Assembly: GCF_000150275.1 (NCBI RefSeq)
Contig: NW_002060948.1
Coordinates: forward strand, 4,378,787 to 4,442,786
Source of the DNA: Trichoplax adhaerens
Taxonomy: Eukaryota; Animalia; Placozoa
DNA: 64,000 nt
Reading direction: 5' to 3'
Below, piece by piece: positions 23,591 to 37,150 of the stretch (position 1 is the stretch's first letter; each line of letters opens with the position of its first letter). The notes below the pieces were generated by a model that worked only from the letters and a program-made list of their open reading frames with translations, was not told the DNA's origin and did no database searches. A program made the position numbers and the translations under genes.

Positions 23591-24520
23591 TCCCTTTGAG
23601 CCAATCGGAGCATCAAAACAATTAAAAAAACATTCTCAAGCAAGAAGTCATCCCTTCTATTATTGAACCACAAATTTTGATTCATTTTCTACTATATCTA
23701 TAATGAAGAAAGCACCGAAAATTAAGCAAATTCCTTCAGAAATGTGTAATTCTATCTTAAAATATTCCTTTTGGTCTATTGAAGTATCATTGCAACTCAA
23801 TATAACAGTCTCAAACTAGAAACCATCTCTTCTATTGTTTGATGATAAATTTTTATTTAATTTTCTGCTTAAGTCAGTGACGCAGAAAACGTCAAAACTG
23901 TGCAAATTCTTTACGAAATAACTCTAACTTGAATCTTTACTCTCAAACTTAAAACATTTCTTTAAGCTGATTGGAGCATAAAAGCAACTCATATAACATT
24001 CTCAACTGAGAAGCTATTTTTTCTAGTATTTGAGGATAATTATAGCTCACTTTCTATTAAAATCTATAACAAAGAATACGTCGTATACCAGGCAAATCTT
24101 TCCTTACAAAGTAACGCTTACTTGAATCTTGAAGATCAAACATCCCTTTGAATCTATCAGAGCACGAAAGCAACTAAAATAAGAATCTAAATCGAGAGGC
24201 CGTTCCCTTTATTGTTTGACGATTATTACGATTCATTTTCTGTTAAAAATCAGTGACGAAGAAATTGCTGAAAACTAGTCAAACTCCTTATAAGACAGCT
24301 CTATCTTAATTCTTTACAGTTAAATTTAAAACATCCCTTTGAGTCTATTGGAGTATTAAAGCAACTATAAATAACATTCTTAACAAGAAGCTATTAATTC
24401 TACTATTTGGTGATAAATTAAATGCGTTTTTTGTTAAAATTTGTGACGAAGTTTACATCAAAAAACCAGGCAAATTCCTTAAGAGATAACTAACATAAAT
24501 CACTACAGTCAAACATGAAA
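23591..24520. repeat. Diverged tandem repeat, ~175-190 bp unit, ~5 copies
   Basis: A unit of the form (CA)TCCCTTTGAGTCTATTGGAGCAT..AAAGCAACT....AACATTCT...TTCTA.T.TTTGA.GATAA...AGTGACGAAG...GGCAAATTCCTT recurs at about 23591, 23766, 23956, 24143 and 24334. Confidence 0.85.
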
Positions 24521-26152
24521 ATGAATGATGTTGCATAGTCGTTGGTATGTCGAATTAAAATTTCAAGGGCTTTATTTAGATAAAATGTATCGAATTTGTG
24601 CACACCACTTTGTTAGATTCCTATGAAGTCTGTCGACGTAAGTCATCCATCCATTCTGAATTCCTATTACACGAATGCGAAATCTACTAAATGATATCCA
24701 CGCCTAATCTTAAAAGATTGGCTAAATTAAATAGTAACGTCTCCACTAGTAGTTAAAAACAGCATTTGCATCTTTAATACTACCAATATTACTAATATAA
24801 AAGCGTAGCCTTGCTGGAAATAAGTGCGTGCTGTAGTGCATGGATAGTTAACTACCGATATAGACAACAATGATAGGTTAACTTTGGTACTGTAGTACCG
24901 ATACTTTTAATGCTTAGCAATTGAAATAGTCCTGTAAGAAAGTAAAAGAGTAATGTGTTATAGGTATGGATTAGAGCCCCTTGATGTGGATATTATATGA
25001 TAATGCAAATAGCTGGTGCTCATTTCGCTAAAACTAGAAAGATAATTACAGTAGCAAGCTGAGTTTGGTCCTTAAATTTCCATTTGCGAAGGAGATACTC
25101 ATATTTATTGCAGTGCATTTATATATACGAGTACGTATATGCAAATAAATTTGACAGTAATTTGATCATCTACTAAGACCGCTTGTAATTTGCATGTCTT
25201 TTATACAAAAATTAAAACTAATAATGCTATTACAATGCAAGAATTAGTGATGATAAGGTATTTAGCAAATAACAAGAATTTAATTTGTAAAGCGCAATAG
25301 TAAGTTCTACAAACATCGCAAAGTATTAATAAAGAAATAATTTTTAACAGTTGCAATTAATTTAGCAAACAGCCACGGGTACTTGTGAGTAAATGTCAAG
25401 GAAAGATTATAGTATATGCTATATATTCCTATTTTGCTACGAACTTATCTAGTCATTATTGATATGGCGAATTATATTAGTACCTTAGATCTTTTAACCG
25501 ATAAATATCTTATACATACTGAGTTGCACTATGAATATTAATTAATTAATAGTTATTATTATCAATCATCAAAACTTTTTTCTTTAATATTAGAATTTTA
25601 GAAGTATCTTTCTTTATTGGAAAAATACATCAAGGTAATTAGACAAGTACCAATATCGATAGCATCAAAGCGTCAATGTGAGGATCAAATTAACTCTAAA
25701 AATGATCAAATTAAGCGCGTTAGCTACCTCAATGACCAATACAGAAGTGATTTATCTTTTAAATCTAATTCATAACAAATAAATGGAAAATAATTTTGAA
25801 GTATTAAATACAAATCAGTCTACTGGCTGTGAACTACCGAGAGAATTCAAGTATAATACTGTAGTTTATGGAATCTGTAGACATTTTTCTTTGTCCCTAA
25901 ATATACGAAGCTTTGTACTATTTCACATGCTTCTAAGATTTATTTAGTGAATTTTAAGGGTTTAATGCAATAAAAAATTGCGGTAAGTAGAAATTTAATG
26001 GATCCATATTATCATTTGCAAATAATAAACTGAAAAATCTAATAATTTTCCTAACCTAATATGTAATACGTACCATGTAACATGAATATGAAGCGAATTT
26101 TTAAAGATAATCTAAGTATTATTATCATGATTGCGATTGTTTATAATCTGAA

Positions 26153-29100
26153 TTAGTTACTCAAATACTCACAATAACGAGTCCTATAAGTTGCCTTAAA
26201 ACCATATCCAGTACGTGCATTATTTGTAACGTAGATAATAGTCATTCGGTTATACGACGACATCAGTGTACCAGGGCTACGGATGCCGCACCCGTTGAAA
26301 AGAATGCGCCTAGAACGTGTACTTCCATCGATGATTTTCATAAATTCTGAACATTTACCATTTGTATCAGGGTTGGAAAGATGGAAACGTTCAAACGTTA
26401 GTAGTACATGCCTATAAGTTGGTGCAGTGATTGTAAAAATGCAACGCACACTTTTGGCGTATTCTCCAAAGTAATTTGGAGACGCAACAAGGCCAGATCT
26501 TGTCTTGAAGGTTTTGGTGATGAGTTCTGTTGTATTTAAATATTAATCAAATGAAACATATCCGTATATATGAGTAAAGCACCACATACAGTAATTACGT
26601 TTATAAGATTTATTTATACTATTTAGTTTGTACCAGTTAGTATTTATGCTTATTGCGTGTAAACTTCCTTAAATTAAATACGATTATATAATACATTATT
26701 TATGCAATAGTTTAAGTATCGTCTAATAAATAGCAGCATGCATTAAAGTACTCACTCGATTCACAACGTTCACCGATATATCCACGTTCACATCGGCATT
26801 TATATTTTTCAGAAGAGATAGCAATACATTTTCCGTTATTTTTGCAAGTGTCAGGTTTGCAAGGTGACTTATCTTCCACTATCAGGTTCAAAATATAGAA
26901 TGAATATGTTATTCTAATAATTAGCACTAGATCATGATATAATTTTGAAGCTTTATCTCGATATCGTTTGAACCAACTGACTCATTACCATACGGTATTT
27001 GTATTTATGATATCATGTATTGTAAGCTTAGTATTTAAAGCTAATGGTTTTGAAATCACAATCTTATTAATATCATATTTACGAGAAAAGTTATCAATGT
27101 GCTAAATTAACGAACGATTACAAAGTTATTTAACGAAAGCATACCTGCAGAATAAGTCGCGTAGAAGCCCTTCCTTTCTATGTTTTTATCACTCATGAAA
27201 ACTATGTAGATCAAATTTGTCTTCGACTCATATCTCAAATACCTTCGCTTGCCACAAGCTGCAGCAGCTAAATCATGTCGATAATGACCTCCATCATATA
27301 TTCTTAAGATATCATAACAGCCAAAGATGCCGGCCTCCAAGTCAAAGGTATCAAATCTTATATCAATTCTTTGGTGTTTCGGTAGGTGGATTTCGTAGAT
27401 ACACCTCGCTCTTGGAGGATATGATTGTGGAAATCTTGGTGACGTCAAGATTCCTCTTGATCCAGTGAAGTTACCTCCGCAACGTCCAATAGAACCTAGA
27501 TTTATTATGTGCAAGTTAATCCAATATACAATCAATGCTAAAATGCCCAAGTCTTTAAAAATATTACTAAAGCGATTGTAAGATATTTCGAAAGATATTT
27601 TGAAAAATATGTCTTACTTTCTGTGGGTTTTTGTGTAGTTGCTTCTGTCGTTGGTGGTACTATAATATATTTAATCACACACGAAGTAACATAAATGTAT
27701 AACGCTTAGCATGCTTGCACTAGGCTGTGCACATGTATATAGCTATTGCTCATATGAAAGAAATCATCTTGAATTTACCTGTTGTTTGTGAAATACCTAA
27801 CGAAGTAAAATTTTGTACGCAGAATTATGAGTACGATGCCTGTTGATTATATAACAAAATTTAGTGATTAATAATTCTTACTGTCTTGGCATTGACGACC
27901 ATAGAACCCTGGTTGACATGTACATTGGAAATCACGGTAATTATTAACGTTCTGACATAGTCCTCCATTGTAGCACTCGTTGTTATGACAAGGTAATCCA
28001 ATATCTACAAATTAAATACAATGTTAATTAGTCTAGCAAGAGCTACAGTATATTAAATTTATTAAAAATTTTGTTATCTTATCAATATCATGCAATTTCA
28101 TACATCGATCACAATTTCTACCGCCAAATCCTCCATAACATGTGCAGCGATAATCTCGTCCTCCGTCAACATCAGTACAATATCCGTTGCTGCAAGGCAT
28201 TTTGTAGCATGCCGTAAGACCTTAGAAGAGCAGATAAATATTATTTGAGAGCTTAAGGAGCATTTTTGGTCGTAGTTAGAATCTTGAACTACTTACGATG
28301 TTGACAATATCGTCCAGTGTATCCAGGAAAGCAGGCGCATGTATAATCAGTGTTTGTATTTAAAGAACAAGTTCCATTTCGACATGGTTGAGAATCGCAT
28401 GCAGTTCCGACATCTACAAAATTAACCATTAACTTATAGGCGTATATACATACAGATATATAATTATGAGCTTTTCAATGATAAGAAAGTTACAGTTTTA
28501 AAGAATTCGTATTTAACATTTAGAATATTAGCAGCATACACTTTTCGCAATTTCTTCCGTCGTATCCCCAATAACAAAGGCACTTGTAGGTATTTGTCTC
28601 ATTCCTAGGACGCATGCAAGTACCGCCATTTTGGCATGGACGAAGCGAACATATGTTATCCACTTACATACAGATATGAAACAAATAATAGTCCGTATAG
28701 GAAGAAGCACAAGGAAATTATTTAAATCAAGAAATAACTTCTGCAATATTTGTTTTAACGACACTCAAGCAAAAGGACATACCTGCTCTATCGCAGTTTC
28801 TTCCTAAGTAACCTAACTTGCAATTGCAAATATACGAGTCTTTGCCTCTTCCGGTTGCAGTACATGAGCCATAGTTACAAGGATTCCTATCGCATGCAGT
28901 TCCTTCGTCTAGTAGAAAAAAAATCGTTTTATAAATTAAACAATCAAAGTAGCTTGAACTACGACGTGATATTATTATTATCTTACAAATATCGCAGTTT
29001 CGCCCTGCATATCCCCAAGCGCAGGAACATTTGTACGAGGTTGGTCCAAACCTTTGGCATGAACCCCCATTTTGGCAAGGCTTCTCTTCACATACTCGAA

Positions 29101-32050
29101 TACCTTCATACGCACAGAAGAATGCAATATTGTTAACGAATAAAATAACTTTATTACATATCTGAACTGATCACAGCTTGCACACTGCATCACTTCATGG
29201 ACTAGGGCTATTTCACCTGAAATCCAATCACAATTTTGACCCTCGTATCCTTCATAACATTCGCATGTGTAACTGGTGCCATTACTGATCTCGGTACAGA
29301 TACCGTTCGCACATGGGGAAGGATCGCATGGTTTAGGGATTTCTGTTTTTACATTTAAAGCAATGTCATGATCATGAGATACAAAGCCTAGATTATATTT
29401 TCTTTCTTAATTTTCAAATTAAACTGACTTATTTCACAGTCCCTTCCTTCATATCTCACTAAACAGTTGCAGATATAATCGGTACCGTTCGATAAGCAGG
29501 AACCATTATTTAAACAAGGATAGGATTCGCATGGATCTGCATGAGGATAATTCAAAGTTAAATTATCAAATTGAAGCTTTTATTGGTACAGTACCCATAT
29601 ATGCAAGCTATAATAAATCATTTAAATGTTATAGTAAAGACCTGTAGACAGCTCCGTTCCATTTCCCTCTAGTTCACAATTTACACCGGAAAATCCATTG
29701 GCGCAAAAGCATTCATAATTATAATCGGTTAGGTTGAAATTTGGTAAGCAAGTTGCCCCATTGACGCATGTATTGTTATAGCAAGGATTCTCTTCAGAAA
29801 CTTAGTGCATAGTATGAATTGATGAGAAAATTACGAACAGGCCAATTGCATTTTTATGATGATTACTATAGTATCAAATTATGAAAGATACTCACCTTCT
29901 TCACAAGTAGAGCCACCCCACCCCATCCCTCGAAACACACGCAGACACTTGTATTATTATTCATATTAACACATTGACCAGCTCTACACGTCGTGATATT
30001 GCACTGCATAGAGTTATTATTAAATCCTAAAGCAGAATGAAGACATCGATTTTATAACCTTCATCTGCGATAAATTAAATTTGGCCTACGGGAATTATCA
30101 TAGCTACTACTGCATCTTAACTACATCGTAGGTGCACAACATAGTATGCTCATGTACGTGTTTAAAATGTATGTGTCTTAGACTTACCATAATCGGTATC
30201 GTTATTCGCAGTGCGGTTTTGAAATGTTGAAGTGTTATTCAGTTGATTGTCATACCAATTTGTTTCATTGCTATCTTGAGTACTGTTGTCGAAAGTACCG
30301 GTACCGTTCATGAAGATTTCAGTTTCGTTGGTAAAATGAGCAGTGTCATTGCTGTGAATAAAATTCACTGAATTGGTGTGGTTCAATTGCGATGTTCCTT
30401 CTGTAGTAGAATTCATTGCTGCATTGAATGAAAATTAAAATCTTTTAAGCTTGCCTTAATTTAAGAAAATTTTCATTTCTAGATTAATCACAAATATTAT
30501 ACCAGGGCTTGGCGTCGCGTCAGAACCGCCAGTCAGCTTACTAATATTGACTACAATAGCCACAGCGCTTTCGCATCTAGCACCTGTAAATCCGTTTACA
30601 CAGTAACACAGGATAGATTTACCCCCATTAGTCGGAAAGCAAGTACCACTATTTTGACAAGGGTTACCATAACACGGGCTTGATGGGCTGTCTATAATTT
30701 TTAAAATTTACCACAAAGTTCGAGTTATTTCAGCTTATACTTTTTCCTGTAAAGTCATCACAACACTTACAGGAGTCTAAAGGACTATGAAATACTTGCA
30801 ATGTTGACAAAGCAATGTTAGGTATATTTATAATCAAATAGTCAACCAAAGAAATGTAATTAATTGAATATAATAATGCTGCTAATAACGGTATAAATGT
30901 AGCTTGCTATCTGTTATTAGAGACTTGTTGAAAAAGTGCATCTAGTTTACCATATAATCAATTTATTCTGTTTAGAAATTGATATAAGATTGATAAAAGG
31001 GATTATATCGCAAACTAACTATAGATATAATTAGCCCAAGTAAAATTGTCTAATGAAAGAACTTAGCAATATGTTAGATTTAAAGTAAAATAGTATTATC
31101 TTATCCACTTACATTCATCGCAACTTGAGCCATGAAATCCGGGATAGCAAATACATAAACCACCCATGTTCATACCATGTTGACAGTCCATTGCAACTAG
31201 TCGTGCATTTGTAATGTTAATTTCGAACATGTCAGTAGAACATTTCGTAAATACATATTATTAAAACAGCTAAGTGATATTTTGGTTATTAAGTTATACA
31301 AAGTATAGCAACAATTTACTACTCACCTTCCGAGGAATCTCCCCATCCATTCTTATAAATAATGAATATATATAATTAATGAAAATAATTTTTGATTGCG
31401 ACTTGTCCAACATTGTATAATAGTATAATACACAGTATTTTGAATAATATTCCCTCATGAGGCTATCATTCGTACACAGCTGAAACTTATTCTCAATACG
31501 AAATCAGATATATATTCTCAAGTATTCTATAATTATCCTCAAATCTTACACTGAGCGAGACAGTAACTACCCTAAGCAAAATACCAGTATTCAGTGTATT
31601 GTACTAACTTTCATTAACCCTAACGTGTTTACTGCGGCTATGTAATACTACATTAATTTGGGCAAATATCTAGCAGTTGACTGATGGATTTCAGCTCCCA
31701 AATGCAATTATTAGTTGCTGCTGCCATTTATTTGATGAAATATCCGCTGCCTGAAATTCATATGGCTTAAAAACTCCGTGAATTAATTTATAAGGGGCAG
31801 ATTTACATGTATCCAAAATAAATAATGCGATCATCGTGCCCATTTATTTTAAATTAATGATGTATTATAGAAAAATTAACTAAACATATTTGTCTGTAAT
31901 CATTAATTAAAGTTAAAATAACACATGCAGTCACGTTTTAAATATAGTATGAGTTCTTACGTTCGCATCAAACTGTCCTTGACAGTTGTTGGCAAATTGC
32001 GTAGTTATAACCAATGCGACACAAAAAATATGAATTAGTCGCATTTTCAT
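26153..32050 (-). CDS. Extracellular multi-EGF/CUB protein: SP - 2 EGF - N-glycan-rich linker - 10 EGF - Thr/Pro linker - CUB - EGF - CUB
   Basis: Exon 32050-31961 encodes MKMRLIHIFCVALVITTQFANNCQGQFDAN. EGF exons lie at ~31112, 30580, 29897, 29670, 29430, 29217, 28987, 28782, 28540, 28276, 28104 and 27881. CUB1 is ~27496-27144 (CGGNFTGSRGILTSPRFPQSYP...FMSDKNIERKGFYATY), followed by an EGF at ~26877-26755 and CUB2 at ~26527-26172. The 3' end is uncertain: stop at 26153, or splicing at a GTGAG donor near 26171. Confidence 0.85.
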
Positions 32051-34685
32051 ATTGAGTAAACCCGTGAAAAACCACCAACCTAGTCATCAGTTATAATACG
32101 TCACAATTACTATAGCAAATTTCTTATACATTAATAACAGCGTTTTACGCACAATGGTCACGAAAATTTTTAAACTGCAATATTTAAACAAAATAATTCT
32201 CCAAGTGTATTTCAGTTAGGCGATTTTAAGAATAAAACACGATATCCATAAACGTCATAAGAGTTGAAATGAACATTTATGGCGAATATGAACTTAAAAG
32301 TTAGTAGATTAAATAGTTTGAGTTATCTTATAACTAACATAACTTCAAGCTAATATTTTCATCTGTTAAAGTTTTACAAAGTTTAATGAAAGTTAGATCT
32401 TATCGATGAATTGGCGTAAATAGCTATTTCTTACCTAAATTTTAATAATTTGAAATTATATCAGCCGGATAAAGTAGTATGAAAAATTCGACCCAATTCT
32501 TTTCTTAGTATAAGAAGCCCTAGAGATTGCCCTATGATGCGAGTGGCTTTAGTATACTAATGAGGATGAGTATAAAATGAATAAGATGATAAATGATCGA
32601 TCCTTGCGGTATTTTTCGATTTTAGCCGACCCGTCTCATTCCGTTTATTTATTCACGTGTTTTTTTTCGAGCTCTCTGTCAATTAAAAGTAGAAATGCCG
32701 TCATTATTTACTTTTATAAATTGATTACTAAGCTTATTATCTTAAAATTGTCAGATTTGAGTTGTTGTTCTCCTAATTTCCGACCTGAACAGTATCTGCA
32801 TGAAAACTTTCATCAGATTTCGCCAGCATGTGGTTTCTCAAATCTTGATAGAAATAATAACGGCAGAAGACTGTTGGACTACACATAGATTGCAAGCTTA
32901 TATTAAATAATACTTATTTCATTCTGGTAGCCTTATATATTTCTTATTGAAGTAAGTTTTAAACTATAAACCTGACGTGACTTTAGACTTACACTTAGGT
33001 ATCTTAAACTAAGTGATAAATCTGGTACTGTAATCCATAACATATACATCAATATTTTGTAGCTCATGCATAAAGACTTTTCTTAGTCAATTCATGACTT
33101 TAATAGATTGTACAGGATGACTTTCTTGGTAGGAATATGGTCAACCTAATCGGAAGTACAGATCATTGTATAAATAAATAACGAACATGACTCATTCGAC
33201 TGACAAGCCAGTAAAATACTTCTTATTTAAATAATTGGTTTTCATGTAATTTCGTACTACGCATGATGTTCACAAACTTTGGGGACGTCAAGCTTTACGA
33301 ACGTGTCGCTGTTTGACCGGGATCTTAACAAAAACAAGCACCTGCTGATATTTTTTGCATAAATATTAGCGTCATAGATGTCTGCAATATTATTTTGCAT
33401 CGCTGAATTGCTTTTTGAATTAATTCGATCAAACATGTCTAGTTCATGCAAATTATTTTGTGTAACGATAATCACAGTCACAAGCTATCCCTTGTCTACG
33501 TATTATATTTACCACAATTATAACAATAAACATATTTTGAAATATCTAGGAGAAAATTTACGTAATCTTTTCACAATTATAAACGAAGGTATAATTGTCT
33601 CATCTATTTATCTTACATAAGAATCTAGGTAAAACGGTATTAAAATTCTTTTTTAATCTGACAAAGTGCCCATGTGAAGCAAATCGATGGTATTGGTGTC
33701 AATACAAACTTATTGGTTTAGCATTTCCTATGGAATTATATCGTTCTATATAACTACTGTATCATGAATTCAGCCTTAGATATCGGAAAATAGCAAGTTT
33801 GTCTACGGTATTATAATAGCAAATAGGAAGTTTTCACCTATAACGTCATGCACAATAAGCGCATTTATCTACAATACTTTGATTACTCTTGTTTACCGTA
33901 TATATCCTGCATTAAATTAAATTACTGCAATCCCTACTAAGCCATGACAAGTATTGGTTGCAATTAAATGTTCCTTGCTGATATCAAGGACTGCCCAACA
34001 GACTGCTATGGAGAATTAAAATAATTAGCCGATCACAAAGTCATGTATTAAAATAAATATTCACCACATTTTCAACAAATTGATGTCTAACTTAGCAATA
34101 ATTATGCAAACAGACCAGAAAGTAGGTAAGATTATACCAAATATATAGTACGAACAAAGCAATGAACTAAATAGGCATTAAAATTTTTTGAAATTAAATC
34201 CATGTTCAGATATTGTATTAGATGTAAAGTTGCTAAGCTAAACATTTCAATTTAGCCGTAAATGTGTATCTAACTAAGCCGTCTATCAGTAAGGTACAGG
34301 CTGACACCATTTAATATCTGTATAACATTTAGCCTACACTGAAGGTATTGCTCTAACAAGAATACTCCATTAAATATTCCATAATAACGTATAGAATAGC
34401 TTAAAACTCTTACTTAACACTTTATCAAGCAATTCTTAAGATGTAATTTATGTTCAAACAGCATAAATAAGGAATACAAAATTTACGCTATCGGCCAATA
34501 TTTCTGTACAGTCTTACTGAATTGAAGTGGTATATAGCATATCTATGCTATATTGAAGGATGTATATGCACAAAATTAAGTTGTATACAGTACATTACAT
34601 TGATAAACTAGACAGCACTACATCACGTAACCATCATGTAACCACCATCTGCCATTGACTGCAGTTACTAGTTATTGTGGCACAG

Positions 34686-35529
34686 TTAATTTTGGGTCGC
34701 TTTCGCTGGCTCACTATTACCACTCTCTACCTAAATGAGGTGAAACAATAAAAATTCACTTAAACTCTCCAGAATCATCCCTGAATATCAATGTCACAAA
34801 GTATAGTTCTCAACAAGTAAAGGTACGATTCTATCGCATGTGCTGTCAAGTAAAGATTTATTAGTAGTAGAAAAGTTTAATTTAGCAAGTTGAATAAACT
34901 GTCAATACTATCAAAATCTTCACGATATATCCTGGTAAACTTAAGTTCATTTCTTTCAAGTATGAATACATTATAGCCATTTTGAGCCCATCATCTTAAT
35001 AACTAAGCGTAAGATGTACTGTACCTTGCTCTTAGTAACGTAAATATTGGTGACTATGGATGCTGCCTACTTGACCAGAAAAATACAGTACAGTACAGGA
35101 CCATGCAATATTACCTCATATAACTCCGGATATTTGAAAACGTGCTGACAATTTGCGTAGCTCATGCCAAAGCCAGCACCAACGCCAAAAGCAATTGGCC
35201 AAGGACGACCTAAGGTGATCATAATATTAATCTGTTAACAAATACAAGACAAGGGATGAATTATTTGACAAATTTCATCTTACGTTTAAATGCAAGTGCA
35301 GAAAACACTATTCCTAAGCCGATTCCAGCTCCTGTAGAGATTTAGAACAAATATGTCAATACAACTGCTATAACAAGATAAATGTAGCAATAATAACGAA
35401 ACTATAACTAGCAAAAGCTGCTCTAGCAATTAACGATGTCATCATTGGTGCATATTTACCGATCTTAACAGCCATGTCAGTTAGACATTTATCCCACTTT
35501 TCGCCCAAATCGTTCTCGTTTGCAACCAT
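34686..35529 (-). CDS. MICOS10: MICOS complex subunit MIC10 (MINOS1)
   Basis: Spliced MVANENDLGEKWDKCLTDMAVKI-GAGIGLGIVFSALAFK-RPWPIAFGVGAGFGMSYANCQHVF..., showing the typical KWDxC motif and GxGxGxG glycine motifs in two TM segments. The C-terminal exons (35066-35025, 34730-34686) are less certain. Confidence 0.9.
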
Positions 35530-35619
35530 ATTTGATTCGATTTCAGTCTCCTTCAAAGTGGATAAACCACGCATGCTCGAAATGAATTCATGTAACTTGC
35601 GTGTTCGTGGAATGTTGCC

Positions 35620-35860
35620 TACTGAGTATACTGTACCGTACTTAGGAGAACTGAGAGAATGTGAGCGCTATATGAGGGTCTCTAGTGAGCACTGAGCAGT
35701 CTCGCCTTCGACGACCGTTATTTTCTTTTGTAACCATAATGTACTGTAAAATACAGTACTATACACTGTAATCTGCAGTACTGTACACTGTACTGTACAG
35801 TACAGTCGTCCAAAGAAATTGACTGTAAGTCTGTAACTGTTTTTACAGTACAGTTCAATC
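35620..35860. promoter_or_regulatory. TACAGT/ACTGTA motif cluster just upstream of MICOS10
   Basis: For example atacagtactatacactgtaatctgcagtactgtacactgtactgtacagtacagt, located ~100-330 bp 5' of the ATG. Confidence 0.55.
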
Positions 35861-37150
35861 TAATAACAGCTCTCGTATCTACAGGACGCAGTATGAAGAA
35901 TTTACACTAGCACTTTGCTGATAGACAGTAGTTCTTGACTGTATTAATGGCCTGGTCTAGCCTGCATTGTAATTCATTTTTCGGAGATTTTTTTGAAAGT
36001 TCTAACGTGATAACAAATACAAAATTATTACAACAGGATACAGTGGTGGAAATAAAACGGCTGCCTACTGCAGCGCTCTGAGTTAAACATTTTGTTACTT
36101 ACCGATAGAACTTAATTATGATTATTCCCCACATCCACACGAGCAAATTATTTGATGATCATGAAATAGCTAATTCTGCATTTATAACATTCAGACTGCT
36201 CATTTCTTAGCGATTTTTTCCTGAGAATTATTTAGTTATAGTAAAATCAATATTATCTGTAATTTTCGTGCTGCGATTTCAAATTTTATTATCGTTTTTT
36301 TTATCAGCTCTCCGAGAATATGGATCAAAAATTGAAATAAAAATTACTGTACGCGTATAATCTATCATGTAGCCGCCAGATAATAATGACTAGTTGTCCG
36401 AGAGAATTGTAAAAATTAAAAATACTTAGGTGCAAATGAAAGCATCTTGTTAAAGCTTTTATATCTTAAGTTAATGAAATACGAGCCATACTCTTCCTAC
36501 TAGTAGTAGCTAGTACAACTTTACTCTGAAATTACGTTTAGCAAGTAATTCTCTGTATGCTTGTACCAAAATCCTGACCATTGTGTTACAATGGATAAGG
36601 AAATAGGAATACTGATATTCGTATACGTTTTTTTACAGTAAATTTTCGTAGCAGTTCTAAGTACAATGTCAACTGAATATTTACGAATTGATCTATTTTT
36701 TTGGCAGTCGTGTAATATTTACAATTTAAGAGGATTTAGCAATCATTATAGTTGCTCTGTTGAAAAAATAATTTCGCATGAACGGCTCGCGGATTCAACA
36801 AGCTACCGTAAGTAAGTATAACAGCTATTATTATCACCAATTTACTCCACAGGCAATAAACGACAACTATGTACGCACCAGCAGATCTACCGAAATACCA
36901 TCAAAAGTGTTCCACAATTTGGAAAACGAGCATTTATTTTCAGCTGTACAAATACTACTATATGACATCTATTAATTATTAGGTGCTAGTGTAACCCATC
37001 AGCCGTAGTAAAGATAATACACTTTTATTACTTGTTTATTAGATATTGGCAAATAGATTGGTTACAATATGTGACCACATTCCAAATAGTAAAAGTTATG
37101 AAAATGTTACAACGATAAGTGCAAAAATTTAGTATTTATCTGCATTTTCT

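Noticed and set aside
32577-33620. Short ORFs between the EGF-CUB gene and MICOS10
   Set aside because: No domain similarity, and I could not build a consistent spliced model.
36700-36975. Possible small plus-strand gene divergent from MICOS10
   Set aside because: Isolated splice-like sites and a 65-aa ORF without supporting exons or homology.
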